Shown: positions 28,679 through 37,706 of the stretch, piece after piece
Position numbering within the stretch: position 1 is the stretch's first letter
Layout: the number at the start of each line of letters is the position of its first letter
NCBI GenBank assembly: GCA_022790855.1
Contig: JAAVYA010000002.1
Span: 49,054 to 113,053 of the forward strand
DNA length: 64,000 bases
Origin: Lachnospiraceae bacterium
GTDB lineage: Bacteria > Bacillota > Clostridia > Lachnospirales > Lachnospiraceae
Reading direction: 5' to 3'
Position numbers and translations under genes: made by a program
The notes under the pieces: generated by a model
The model's input: only the letters and a program-made list of their open reading frames with translations
The model's database searches: none
What the model was told of the DNA's origin: nothing

Positions 28679-31108
28679 ATGCGTTTTGACACGATAGCAA
28701 GTGAGATGAATGCCGCCCTTTCTGGGAGGAAAGGGCAGACTGACTATATAAACGTGCTTATTCTGTTCCTTGAAAGGCTCCTGGTTGAAAGCAAATATGG
28801 AAGGATTGTAGATATAGACCAGTTTAGAAGGTATAGGAATGAGATTTGCGAGATATTTCGGGAATATAGATGTTCGACAATTTTTGAAAATGATTTCGAG
28901 TTTACTGGGATAGAAGCGGTATTTGATCTGTTCAACCAGTCATTGAATAAAATTGATATATCTGAAATAGGATATGTCTTTGAAGAGTTTTACAATAGAG
29001 AAATTGATCATAAAACAGGGAAATTAATGGTGGGCAGCAGCAGAAAAGAACATGGAATGTTTTTTTCTGATAAAGCGTTGGTTCGGTTTATTGTCCATAG
29101 TATCCTTTCTGAAAATAAAGATTTTGCCTCCAGGACCTTTCTGGATCCGTCTATGGGGGCAGGCATTTTTCTTTCGGAGATTATTGAACAGGCTGAAAAA
29201 ACGGATGGCATTCATGTGGTTGATTTTATGGAAAACAATCTGTTTGGGGTCGACAAAAACCCTTATGTGGTCGATCTGTTTAAAATTTCTCTGTGGATGA
29301 AATATCCTTCCATTGACTTAAGGAAGATCAGTAAACACATTGTTTGCTTTGATAGCTTGCTGACCCCTGTCGCAGGAGAAGGAATAACGTGGGAATTTTA
29401 TTTTCCGGAAATATTCAAGAACCATAAAGGATTTGATTTTATCATTGGAAATCCTCCGTGGGGAAGAACAAAAGCGAATATTCGAGAGTATAATTTATAT
29501 TACAATACCCTTGCTGAAAAATATCAAGGAAAGAGAATGAAGGATGCTGTATTTGGAAGTGACACGGATTCTGGTTGGTTACAGTATAAAAACACTGTTT
29601 CTGGATATTCAAAAAAATTAAAATCTCAGAAGGGCTTCAAACACCAGAGCTATATGGTGAATGAGACTACTACTGGCGGGGATGCAGATCTTTATAAGTA
29701 TTTTCTGGAACTTTCGTTCCATATAGTGAAAAATGATGGGATGATTGGTTTCATTATTCCTGCATCTTTCTATATGAACGAGGGAGCGACAGGTTTAAGA
29801 CATCTTTTATTAGAAAATGGAAGCATCAAAGGATTATATAGTTTTGAAAATAAAAAACATATTTTTCCCATACATTCTTCATACAAATTTTTTGTGATGT
29901 TATATAAAAAACAGAGGAAGTGGGGGCATATAGAACAAGCTGTTTTCAATCTGGCAAATCCCAATGCATTGTTTGAAGAACTGGCAGGATTAAGCTATTC
30001 GATAGAAGATCTGGTCATGTGCAGCGGCGATTATTGGTCTGTGCCAGAGTGCCGCTCTAGGGAAGAATTAAATTTGCTTCGGAAAATATATAAATTTGCG
30101 TCAGGGCGTCCTTCATGGGATATGGGGTTTAAGCGGGAATTGGACATGACGCTTGATAGTGAAATGTTTGTTCTGGACAAAGAAAGGGAGAATGGAGAAA
30201 CATATTTACCCATATATGAGGGAAGAATGATAACCCAATATAATTGTAATAGCAAAAAATACATTAGCGGTAATGGAAGAACTGCTAAATGGGAAAAAGT
30301 TTTGAATTCGGGCGAGGGAATCATAGGAGCGCATTATTATATAAAAGAAAAAGATGCGATCGAATATGGGATTAACAGCGATTACCGAGCAGCCTATTGT
30401 GATGTGACAGGACAGAAAAATGTGAGGACAGTATTGGCAGCATTGATTCCGAGGGGAGCTGTCTGTGGAAATAAGGTGCCGACCTGCGTTTTTGCACAAA
30501 ATGACCTGAGATTTCATCTGCTTTGGATAGGAATTGCAAACTCCTTTGTGATAGACTGGATGATCAGGAAGAAGATGTCAATTACGTTAAATTTTTTCCA
30601 CTGGCATCAAATTCCATTTCCCAACATGGATATAGAGAAAGACGACGCTATCATGATTTGTGCCTCAGTAGCAAGAATATTGAAGAACAATAACGGGATA
30701 GATGTGTTTCAGCAATTAAGTGAAAAGATAAAAGAGAGGTATTTGGAATACGAAAATTTTAAAAATGAAGAACTTCGTGCAGTCATAGATGTGATTGTCG
30801 CAGATTATTTTGGCTTGGATATATATGAACTGGCCATGATTCTTTATGATTTTCAAGCCCTTGACCAGAAAGCCTGCGGAATACCGGGCGATTTGAGATA
30901 TGGGACTGGGAGGAAAGCATCTTATGTCACGCGAGATAAGATGCTAAAGAAATATATTTGTATGCATTGTTTGCCGGAAGATAACATTGTCGAGATTTAT
31001 GGGGAAATTGGGATAAATATTATGGAGTACACTTCCTCGGATTACTATTCTATGAACGACCGTATGGACTTCTATGAAAGAAATAATGTCAATGCGTACA
31101 GTGATTAA
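28679..31108 (+). CDS. N6-adenine DNA methyltransferase, gamma class (Eco57I / Alw26I-Eco31I-Esp3I-like), 809 aa
   Basis: Motif I FLDPSMGAGIFL and motif IV IIGNPPWGR. The downstream blocks YEGRMITQY and NVRTVLAALIP are typical of that family's C-terminal region. No nuclease motif was recognised. Confidence 0.8.
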   Translation: MRFDTIASEMNAALSGRKGQTDYINVLILFLERLLVESKYGRIVDIDQFRRYRNEICEIFREYRCSTIFENDFEFTGIEAVFDLFNQSLNKIDISEIGYVFEEFYNREIDHKTGKLMVGSSRKEHGMFFSDKALVRFIVHSILSENKDFASRTFLDPSMGAGIFLSEIIEQAEKTDGIHVVDFMENNLFGVDKNPYVVDLFKISLWMKYPSIDLRKISKHIVCFDSLLTPVAGEGITWEFYFPEIFKNHKGFDFIIGNPPWGRTKANIREYNLYYNTLAEKYQGKRMKDAVFGSDTDSGWLQYKNTVSGYSKKLKSQKGFKHQSYMVNETTTGGDADLYKYFLELSFHIVKNDGMIGFIIPASFYMNEGATGLRHLLLENGSIKGLYSFENKKHIFPIHSSYKFFVMLYKKQRKWGHIEQAVFNLANPNALFEELAGLSYSIEDLVMCSGDYWSVPECRSREELNLLRKIYKFASGRPSWDMGFKRELDMTLDSEMFVLDKERENGETYLPIYEGRMITQYNCNSKKYISGNGRTAKWEKVLNSGEGIIGAHYYIKEKDAIEYGINSDYRAAYCDVTGQKNVRTVLAALIPRGAVCGNKVPTCVFAQNDLRFHLLWIGIANSFVIDWMIRKKMSITLNFFHWHQIPFPNMDIEKDDAIMICASVARILKNNNGIDVFQQLSEKIKERYLEYENFKNEELRAVIDVIVADYFGLDIYELAMILYDFQALDQKACGIPGDLRYGTGRKASYVTRDKMLKKYICMHCLPEDNIVEIYGEIGINIMEYTSSDYYSMNDRMDFYERNNVNAYSD

Positions 31109-31110
31109 TT

Positions 31111-31140
31111 TGCCAAAGAAGAAATTCTTTGGCTTTTCTT
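31111..31140 (+). terminator. rho-independent terminator closing the islet
   Basis: gccaaagaa-gaaa-ttctttggc followed by ttttcttt, directly after the methylase stop. Confidence 0.7.
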
Positions 31141-31235
31141 TCGAAATTCTTTTGTTTTTCCTGCAACAGTTCTTTGTTTTTCCTCGTTATAGTATATGTA
31201 ACAATAAATCAGCAAAGTAAAGTAGGTGAACCACA

Positions 31236-31745
31236 ATGGATATGGAATTTTTTATGGAATTAATGACAAGCTACGGGCCGATTGCAATTTTTGTAATTGT
31301 GCTGTTGGAATACCTGAACCTGCCCGGCTTTCCGGCCGGGGTGATTATGCCCTTAGCAGGCATCTGGGCGTCCCGGGGCGGTTTGAACTTTTTTCTCACC
31401 ATGGTAATTACGGTGGCGGCAGGGCTTTTGGGCAGTATTCTTTTGTATGGCCTTGGCCGGGCCGGAGGAGAGTTCTTCCTGAAAAAATATTATAAGAAAT
31501 TTCCCAAGCAGCAGGAAATGATTGAGGGAAAAATCCGTTATCTCCAGGAAAAGGGCTGTGTCGGCATTTTTATCAGCAAACTGATTCCAATGGTACGGAC
31601 GTTGATTTCCATTCCTGCCGGAGTGATCCGAATGAATTTTGCCAATTATGTCATAAGCTCAACCCTTGGAATCTTCCTGTGGAACCTGGCTTTCGTAGGC
31701 GCAGGATATATACTGGGGGATGCGGTGTTTACTTTATTTTCATAA
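31236..31745 (+). CDS. DedA family membrane protein
   Basis: The motif LEYLNLPGFPAGVIMPLAG and the SNARE-associated/DedA profile, with 4-5 TM segments. Confidence 0.85.
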   Translation: MDMEFFMELMTSYGPIAIFVIVLLEYLNLPGFPAGVIMPLAGIWASRGGLNFFLTMVITVAAGLLGSILLYGLGRAGGEFFLKKYYKKFPKQQEMIEGKIRYLQEKGCVGIFISKLIPMVRTLISIPAGVIRMNFANYVISSTLGIFLWNLAFVGAGYILGDAVFTLFS

Positions 31746-31770
31746 GCTTGCAGTATAGGAGGGAACTATT

Positions 31771-32964
31771 ATGAAAATTGCCATGTTTACGAATAATTAT
31801 AAACCATATATCGGGGGCGTCCCGATCTCCATTGAGCATTTGACCAAGGCGCTTCGGGACCGCGGACATCAAGTCTATGTATTTGCGCCTACCTACAAGG
31901 AACAGGAGGAAGAGGATTATGTAATCCGATATCCGTCTTTTCCGGTATCCATTGCCAAAGCTCCGGTTCCGGATGTTTTGACCAGGGTTTTTGAGAAAAA
32001 AGTAAAGGAACTTGGGATTGAGCTGATTCACGTCCATCATCCTGCCATTGTGGGAAATGTGGCGCTGTATCTGAAAAAGAAATATAAGATTCCCGTGGTA
32101 TTTACATACCACACCCGCTATGAGCAGTATCTTTACTATGTGAAGCCCTTAGAGCGCATGGAACGGCGCACCGGTATCATAGAGAAATATTTGGAGTATT
32201 TTTGTAAAAAATGCGATATGGTGGTGGCGCCTACTCCTGGGATCCAAAATTATCTTTCACAGAAAAATATGAGTGTTCCCATCCGGGTCATGCCTACCGG
32301 GATTCCGGAGGATTGCTATTTACCGGACCGAGGACGGGCAGAGACGTTAAGGAAGGAATATAAAGAAAAGGCAGACTACTTATTTATAACCGTATCCAGG
32401 CTTGCAAGGGAGAAAAATCTGTTTTTTCAACTGGAAGGGTTGGCAATATTGAAGGAAAAGCTGTGGGAGCAGGGGAAGACATTCCGCCACATGATGATTG
32501 GGGAAGGCCCTCAGGGAAAAGAGCTTATGGAATATGCAAATAAACTTGGCCTTAGGGAAAATATAATTTTTACAGGAAATATCCCAAATCAGGAAATGAG
32601 ATATTACCAGGCTGCCGCCGATGCTTTTTTGTTTACGTCCAAGTCGGAGACTCAGGGAATTGTAGTGCTGGAAGCCATGGCGGCAGGAAAACCTGTGGTT
32701 GCAGTGAATGCTACTGGAGTGAGGGACGTGGTCAAAGATGGCTGCAATGGCTTTTTGAGCCGGGAGGTTGCCGGAGAGTGGGCGGAATGTATCCTGCATT
32801 TACTGGAAGATAAGAGACAGTATCAGCGCATGGGCCGGGAGGCGTATGAGACGGCCTGCTCCTATTCCGAAGGGGCAGTGGCAAAGATGGCGGAAAGATA
32901 TTATCAGGAAATCTGCGGCCCCACTTCCACAAAACCCCCCATCTATGATATCCTTTCTGTGTGA
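31771..32964 (+). CDS. glycosyltransferase family 4 (GT-B)
   Basis: N-terminus MKIAMFTNNYKPYIGGV and the C-terminal EX7E-type region (SKSETQGIVVLEAMAAGKPVV). Confidence 0.85.
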   Translation: MKIAMFTNNYKPYIGGVPISIEHLTKALRDRGHQVYVFAPTYKEQEEEDYVIRYPSFPVSIAKAPVPDVLTRVFEKKVKELGIELIHVHHPAIVGNVALYLKKKYKIPVVFTYHTRYEQYLYYVKPLERMERRTGIIEKYLEYFCKKCDMVVAPTPGIQNYLSQKNMSVPIRVMPTGIPEDCYLPDRGRAETLRKEYKEKADYLFITVSRLAREKNLFFQLEGLAILKEKLWEQGKTFRHMMIGEGPQGKELMEYANKLGLRENIIFTGNIPNQEMRYYQAAADAFLFTSKSETQGIVVLEAMAAGKPVVAVNATGVRDVVKDGCNGFLSREVAGEWAECILHLLEDKRQYQRMGREAYETACSYSEGAVAKMAERYYQEICGPTSTKPPIYDILSV

Positions 32965-32999
32965 CATTATGGTAAAGACAACAGCAAAGGAGAACAGAT

Positions 33000-33719
33000 A
33001 TGGAACCTATCAATCATAAAGAATACCGCATTTTGATTGTGGAAGATGATGAAGAAATCAGGGACGGCGTAGAGATTTTTCTGAGAAGCCAGGGATATCA
33101 GGTCTTTAAGGCATCAGACGGAATAGAAGGGTTAGAAGTGTTGGAGCAGGAAGAAATTGATCTGGCTATTGTGGATATTATGATGCCCCGGATGGACGGC
33201 ATTATGATGACCGTGAAGCTACGGGAAACCTATGAATTTCCGGTGATTATGCTTTCTGCCAAATCGGAAGAAACAGATAAAGTGGTGGGGCTGAATATAG
33301 GGGCGGACGATTATGTCACCAAGCCCTTTACGCCCCTGGAATTAATGGCTCGGGTGAACTCCCAGTTAAGAAGGTATACCAGATTCAAAAACAGGAATCC
33401 CAAAGATGAGAACCAGAGGATCCATATCAACGGCGGGCTGGAGCTGAATGAAGATACGGTGGAAGTCCAGGTAGACGGAAGACCGGTGAAGATGACGCCG
33501 ATCGAGTTTAAGATCTTAACGCTTCTCATCAAAAACCCCGGGCGTGTATTTTCGGCGGAAGAGATTTATGAACGCGTATGGAATGAAAAGGCGATCAATA
33601 CAGATACAATTATGGTGCATGTACGGAATATTCGGGATAAGATTGAGATCAACCCGAAAGAACCAAAATATTTAAAGGTGGTGTGGGGCGTTGGATATAA
33701 AATTGAAAAGCAGCCATAA
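33000..33719 (+). CDS. OmpR/PhoB-family response regulator
   Basis: Receiver domain (ILIVEDDEEI ... DLAIVDIMMPRMDG ... LSAK) plus a winged-helix output (LTPIEFKILTLL ... VWGVGYK). Confidence 0.9.
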   Translation: MEPINHKEYRILIVEDDEEIRDGVEIFLRSQGYQVFKASDGIEGLEVLEQEEIDLAIVDIMMPRMDGIMMTVKLRETYEFPVIMLSAKSEETDKVVGLNIGADDYVTKPFTPLELMARVNSQLRRYTRFKNRNPKDENQRIHINGGLELNEDTVEVQVDGRPVKMTPIEFKILTLLIKNPGRVFSAEEIYERVWNEKAINTDTIMVHVRNIRDKIEINPKEPKYLKVVWGVGYKIEKQP

Positions 33720-35898
33720 ACTAAGAACACGAATCGCAGTCCTTGGGGTTATTGCCGCTGTGATATGCAGCCTTTGCTTTTTTTCGGTGATTGGGAGAAA
33801 AGCGGAAGAGAAAGGAAAAAAGGAAAGGCAGGTGCCGGAAAATGTCCTTGTAAACTATGAATTTATAGAGAACCTGCTGCGGGGGAGCCATGTGCTCTAT
33901 TATGAACATATGGGCTATCAAGGAATGGATCAGACTATTGTAGATTCTATTTTGCTTCAATGGAGAGAAGCGTTTGAAGGCAGCCGGAATCAACTGGACT
34001 ATTATTTGAAAGATGAAAAAGGAGAAGAAAAAAATACCACCAGAACCCTGGAAAAACTTATGCCAGGCGGTAAAGCGGGAGCAAAAGAGCTGGAAGAATT
34101 GCGCAGCCGTTATCAGTGTTACTTTACCCTTCGCTTTGATGAGGAAGGGGAATTATCCGTAGAAAATGTCTGGAGCCAAAACGGCTGTGAAGATGAAATT
34201 GTAAAGGCTCTGATGCAGGCCAAGCGTCAGAATGAGTTTCAAAGGTGGGAGACGGAGTATCTGGAGCAATATGCCCAAGGGGAATGGACTATCAGTGATC
34301 TGGCGGAGGAACAGGATAAGTTTACAGTTAAGGATTTTCAAGTGGTGTATGGCATTCCAAAAGAAAATTCTCATATGGTGATCGAATATGATGAAGCCTC
34401 GGATTATCTGGGACAGTTATATTTGTACTCCGACAGCGGAGCCAATGCATTGTTTCTGGCTTCCCTGCTCTTGCTTGCTATGCTGCTCCTTTTGTTGACC
34501 AGCAACCGGCTTTGGAAGGGAACGGTTGATTATTCCAGAAGGGGACATTGGTACTTGATGGAGGGGGCGATCGTGGGAATCGTTCTGATATGTATGCTCT
34601 GGGAAACCTTCCTTTCCCTGAACGTTCAGTATATGTCCCTGATGGAAGGCAGGATGCCCTGGGAGGTGCTTCGGTGGGGGGATATTGAGCAGGTAATGGA
34701 TTTACTGGAAATGTCCTTAATGCTTGGCCTGATTTATGGCGGCTGGTATCTGTCGTTATCGTTTATCCGTCCGTTATTTTCTTTAGGGGTCAGGAAGTAT
34801 ATCCGGGAGTACAGTCTGATTTATTATATTTCTACCAAAGGCGTTACGGCAGCAGGAGAGGTTTGGACAAAAGCCAAGTATGAAATCTCTCATGTAGATT
34901 TTAGCGACAAGACCATACGGACAATCCGCAAAGTTGTCATCTTAAATTTTGTAGTCCTGGCAGTGCTTTCCTTTTTCTGGTTCTTTGGAATATTTGCCTT
35001 GGCCATATATTCCATTACGCTGTTTTTCCTGCTGAAAAACCAGTATGACAAGATGGAGCGGGAATATCAGCGGCTGATGCATGCCACTTCCAGAATTGCC
35101 CAGGGGGATCTGCAGTATGAGGACGACCGGGACTGGGGGGTATTTGAGCCCTTTAAAGCAGAATTATTAAAAATCCGTCAGGGGTTTTCCAAAGCGGTGG
35201 AGCGGGAGGTACACAGCGAACGGATGAAAACGGAGCTGATTACCAATGTATCCCATGATTTAAAGACCCCTTTGACTGCAATTACTACTTATGTGGAGCT
35301 GATGAAGGATGAGGATATAACGCCTCAACAGAGGTCGGATTATCTTCAGGTGCTGGAGAAGAAATCCTTGCAGCTAAAGCTTTTAGTAGAGAATCTTCTG
35401 GACGTGAGTAAGGCTACCAGTAATACCATAAAACTGGATTTGATGGAAGTAGATGTGGCGAATTTGTTGAAGCAGGTTTGCGTGGAGCATGAAATGGGCT
35501 TTCAGAAACTGAATCTGGAACTCAAATGGAAGCTTCCGGAAGGGAAAATCATCCGAAGGCTGGATAACCAGAAGACATGGCGTATCTTTGAAAACCTGTT
35601 TGTGAATATTGAAAAATATGCTATGCCGGGAAGCCGGGTGTTTATAGAAGTGGGAGAGCTTCAAGACGTCGTGTCTGTGATGATCAAAAATATGTCCGCA
35701 GAGGAGCTGAATATCAGCGGAGAAGAGATTACGGAACGGTTTGTCCGAGGAGATTCCTCCAGGACGACAGAAGGCTGTGGACTGGGCCTTGCCATAGCCA
35801 AAAGCTTTACGGAAGCTATGGGAGGAACCTTTGAAGTGACTGTGGACGGAGATTTGTTTAAAGTGGAAATTCGGTGGGAGAAGGGAGTGAATGAATAG
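33691..35898 (+). CDS. sensor histidine kinase with a large N-terminal sensing and multi-TM region
   Basis: H-box ITNVSHDLKTPLTAI. N, G1 and G2 boxes (FENLFVNIEKYA, GCGLGLAIAK). The TTG start overlaps the regulator gene. Confidence 0.85.
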   Translation: MDIKLKSSHKLRTRIAVLGVIAAVICSLCFFSVIGRKAEEKGKKERQVPENVLVNYEFIENLLRGSHVLYYEHMGYQGMDQTIVDSILLQWREAFEGSRNQLDYYLKDEKGEEKNTTRTLEKLMPGGKAGAKELEELRSRYQCYFTLRFDEEGELSVENVWSQNGCEDEIVKALMQAKRQNEFQRWETEYLEQYAQGEWTISDLAEEQDKFTVKDFQVVYGIPKENSHMVIEYDEASDYLGQLYLYSDSGANALFLASLLLLAMLLLLLTSNRLWKGTVDYSRRGHWYLMEGAIVGIVLICMLWETFLSLNVQYMSLMEGRMPWEVLRWGDIEQVMDLLEMSLMLGLIYGGWYLSLSFIRPLFSLGVRKYIREYSLIYYISTKGVTAAGEVWTKAKYEISHVDFSDKTIRTIRKVVILNFVVLAVLSFFWFFGIFALAIYSITLFFLLKNQYDKMEREYQRLMHATSRIAQGDLQYEDDRDWGVFEPFKAELLKIRQGFSKAVEREVHSERMKTELITNVSHDLKTPLTAITTYVELMKDEDITPQQRSDYLQVLEKKSLQLKLLVENLLDVSKATSNTIKLDLMEVDVANLLKQVCVEHEMGFQKLNLELKWKLPEGKIIRRLDNQKTWRIFENLFVNIEKYAMPGSRVFIEVGELQDVVSVMIKNMSAEELNISGEEITERFVRGDSSRTTEGCGLGLAIAKSFTEAMGGTFEVTVDGDLFKVEIRWEKGVNE

Positions 35899-35911
35899 AA
35901 AGGTAGAGTGA

Positions 35912-36010
35912 TGAAGGGACGCCAGGGAACAGGGGGCAGAGGCAGCCGCAAATGGTCTGCCTCTGCCCCCTGTTCCCTGGCTGTGCATCTCGCTTTCTTA
36001 ATTAGCTGAC
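35912..36010. repeat. palindromic intergenic element, compact copy (copy A)
   Basis: Perfect 24-bp arms at 35922-35945 and 35957-35980 around the loop ccgcaaatggt. The flanks gaagggacgcc and ctgtgcatctcg..taatt are shared with the element at 51497-51790. Confidence 0.65.
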
Positions 36011-36067
36011 ATTAGGGGGAATAGAAAGTTGGAAGTAAATTGTAAAATTGTAAATCCTGATAAAGCA

Positions 36068-36096
36068 TTGCGTATCATTGAAATATGATATATAAT
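36068..36096 (+). promoter_or_regulatory. candidate sigma-A promoter upstream of hflX
   Basis: TTGCGT, 17-nt spacer, TATAAT. Confidence 0.45.
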
Positions 36097-36152
36097 TTTT
36101 GTAGCATCTTTTATTTTCAAATCCGCTATCTATCTTTCTTTATTTATTCGAA

Positions 36153-36187
36153 CCCTGGCACTTTGCCGGGGCTGTGATTTTTGTTTT
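36153..36187 (+). terminator. terminator-like hairpin in the hflX leader
   Basis: ccctggc-acttt-gccgggg (7 bp, one G-U pair) followed by ctgtgatttttgtttt. It lies about 60 nt downstream of the candidate promoter and about 90 nt upstream of the hflX ATG. Confidence 0.4.
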
Positions 36188-36278
36188 CACAAACAGTACT
36201 TTCGGCGTTCCTAAACGGTAAAACTACCTGAAAGAGGAAGTTACTGCAGGTGGCGTTTATCATAGAAAGGAGACATAT

Positions 36279-37550
36279 ATGGCAGAACCATTTGCGATAG
36301 AAGAATTACAAGAAAACGTGATTTTAGTGGGCGTTAGCCTGAAAGAAGAGGACGACGCCTGGGATTCCCTGGATGAATTGGCCGAATTGGTGGATACTGC
36401 CGGGGCCAATGTGGCGGGGGCGCTCATGCAAAACCGGGAAGGCATTCATCCTGGGACATATATTGGCAGCGGAAAACTGGACGAGTTAAAGCGCCTGATC
36501 GAGGCGTCAGAAGCCACGGGCATTGTCTGTGACGATGAGCTGTCCCCGGCCCAGCTCCGAAACCTGGAGGAAGCGTTGGATACGAAGGTGATGGACCGGA
36601 CGTTGATCATTTTGGATATTTTTGCATCCAGGGCCTCCACCAGTGAAGGGAAAATCCAGGTGGAGCTGGCTCAGTTGAAATATCGTTTGAGCCGTCTGGC
36701 CGGATTGGGAAAATCCTTGAGCCGTTTGGGGGGCGGCATCGGCACCCGGGGACCTGGGGAGAAAAAGCTGGAGATGGACAGACGTTATATAAAGGAACGG
36801 ATCGCCCAGTTGAACCGGGAGCTGGCCCAGGTTCGCAAACACCGGGAACTGACACGCCAGGGACGCAATAAAAATCCTTGGAAGGTGGCGGCGATTGTGG
36901 GATACACTAATGCAGGAAAGTCTACGTTGCTGAACCGTCTGACTCAGGCGGGGGTGCTGGAAGAGGACAAATTGTTTGCTACGCTGGATCCTACCACCAG
37001 AAGCCTAAAGCTGGACAGCGGACAGGAGATCCTTCTCACAGATACCGTGGGCTTTATCCGCAAGCTTCCCCATCATCTGATCGAAGCATTCAAAAGTACC
37101 TTAGAGGAGGCGAAGTATGCCGATTATCTGATCCATGTAGTGGATGCTTCCAATCCCCAGATGGACAAGCAGATGCATATTGTATACCAGACACTGGAAA
37201 GCCTGGGCGTTACGAATAAGAAGATTATTACACTGTTTAACAAATTAGATAAAATAGAAGAGCCGCTGCAGCTGCGGGATTTGAAGGCAGATCAGACATT
37301 AAAAATTTCTGCCGCAGAAGGAACCGGCCTTGACCAGGTTCGGGAAGCGCTGGAGGAAATGTTAAGAGAAGAAACATGTTTTCTGGAAAAAACATTTTCT
37401 TATGATTTGGCAGGGCAGATCCAGTCCATACGAAAATACGGAGAGCTGATTTTGGAAGAGTACAGGGAAGGAGGGATTTTTGTAAAAGCCTTTGTTCCTA
37501 GGGAGATGTATGACAGATTTTGCCAGGATGAAATGGATTGCGTAAAATAG
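36279..37550 (+). CDS. hflX: GTPase HflX
   Basis: HflX N-terminal domain (DELAELVDTAG ... KIQVELAQLKY ... GPGEKKLE) and G domain (GYTNAGKSTLLN, DTVGF, NKLD). Confidence 0.9.
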   Translation: MAEPFAIEELQENVILVGVSLKEEDDAWDSLDELAELVDTAGANVAGALMQNREGIHPGTYIGSGKLDELKRLIEASEATGIVCDDELSPAQLRNLEEALDTKVMDRTLIILDIFASRASTSEGKIQVELAQLKYRLSRLAGLGKSLSRLGGGIGTRGPGEKKLEMDRRYIKERIAQLNRELAQVRKHRELTRQGRNKNPWKVAAIVGYTNAGKSTLLNRLTQAGVLEEDKLFATLDPTTRSLKLDSGQEILLTDTVGFIRKLPHHLIEAFKSTLEEAKYADYLIHVVDASNPQMDKQMHIVYQTLESLGVTNKKIITLFNKLDKIEEPLQLRDLKADQTLKISAAEGTGLDQVREALEEMLREETCFLEKTFSYDLAGQIQSIRKYGELILEEYREGGIFVKAFVPREMYDRFCQDEMDCVK

Positions 37551-37573
37551 TGTCGTTTCTGCTTGAAATGTGA

Positions 37574-37620
37574 ATAACAATATATAGTTTTCTGTCTTGA
37601 CGATGTACACTATATCTGGT
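37574..37620 (+). promoter_or_regulatory. two NrdR boxes
   Basis: ataacaatatatagtt (37574-37589) and gtacactatatctggt (37605-37620) both resemble the acaCwAtATaTwGtgt consensus. Their centres are 31 nt apart. Confidence 0.6.
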
Positions 37621-37625
37621 ACAAT
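37597..37625 (+). promoter_or_regulatory. candidate nrdD promoter overlapped by NrdR box 2
   Basis: TTGACG, 17-nt spacer, TACAAT. Confidence 0.5.
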
Positions 37626-37706
37626 GAGTGAGCTGAAACTTGCAGCCAGAAAAGTAATGGCTCAAGGAGCAATGGAAAAAGACAGGGAATGAAAGGGATG
37701 GAAGGT

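Noticed and set aside
36140-36160. A TTCGAACC string resembling a tRNA T-loop.
   Set aside because: The flanking bases do not form a T-stem, and no acceptor or anticodon arms can be drawn. It is not a tRNA or a tRNA fragment.
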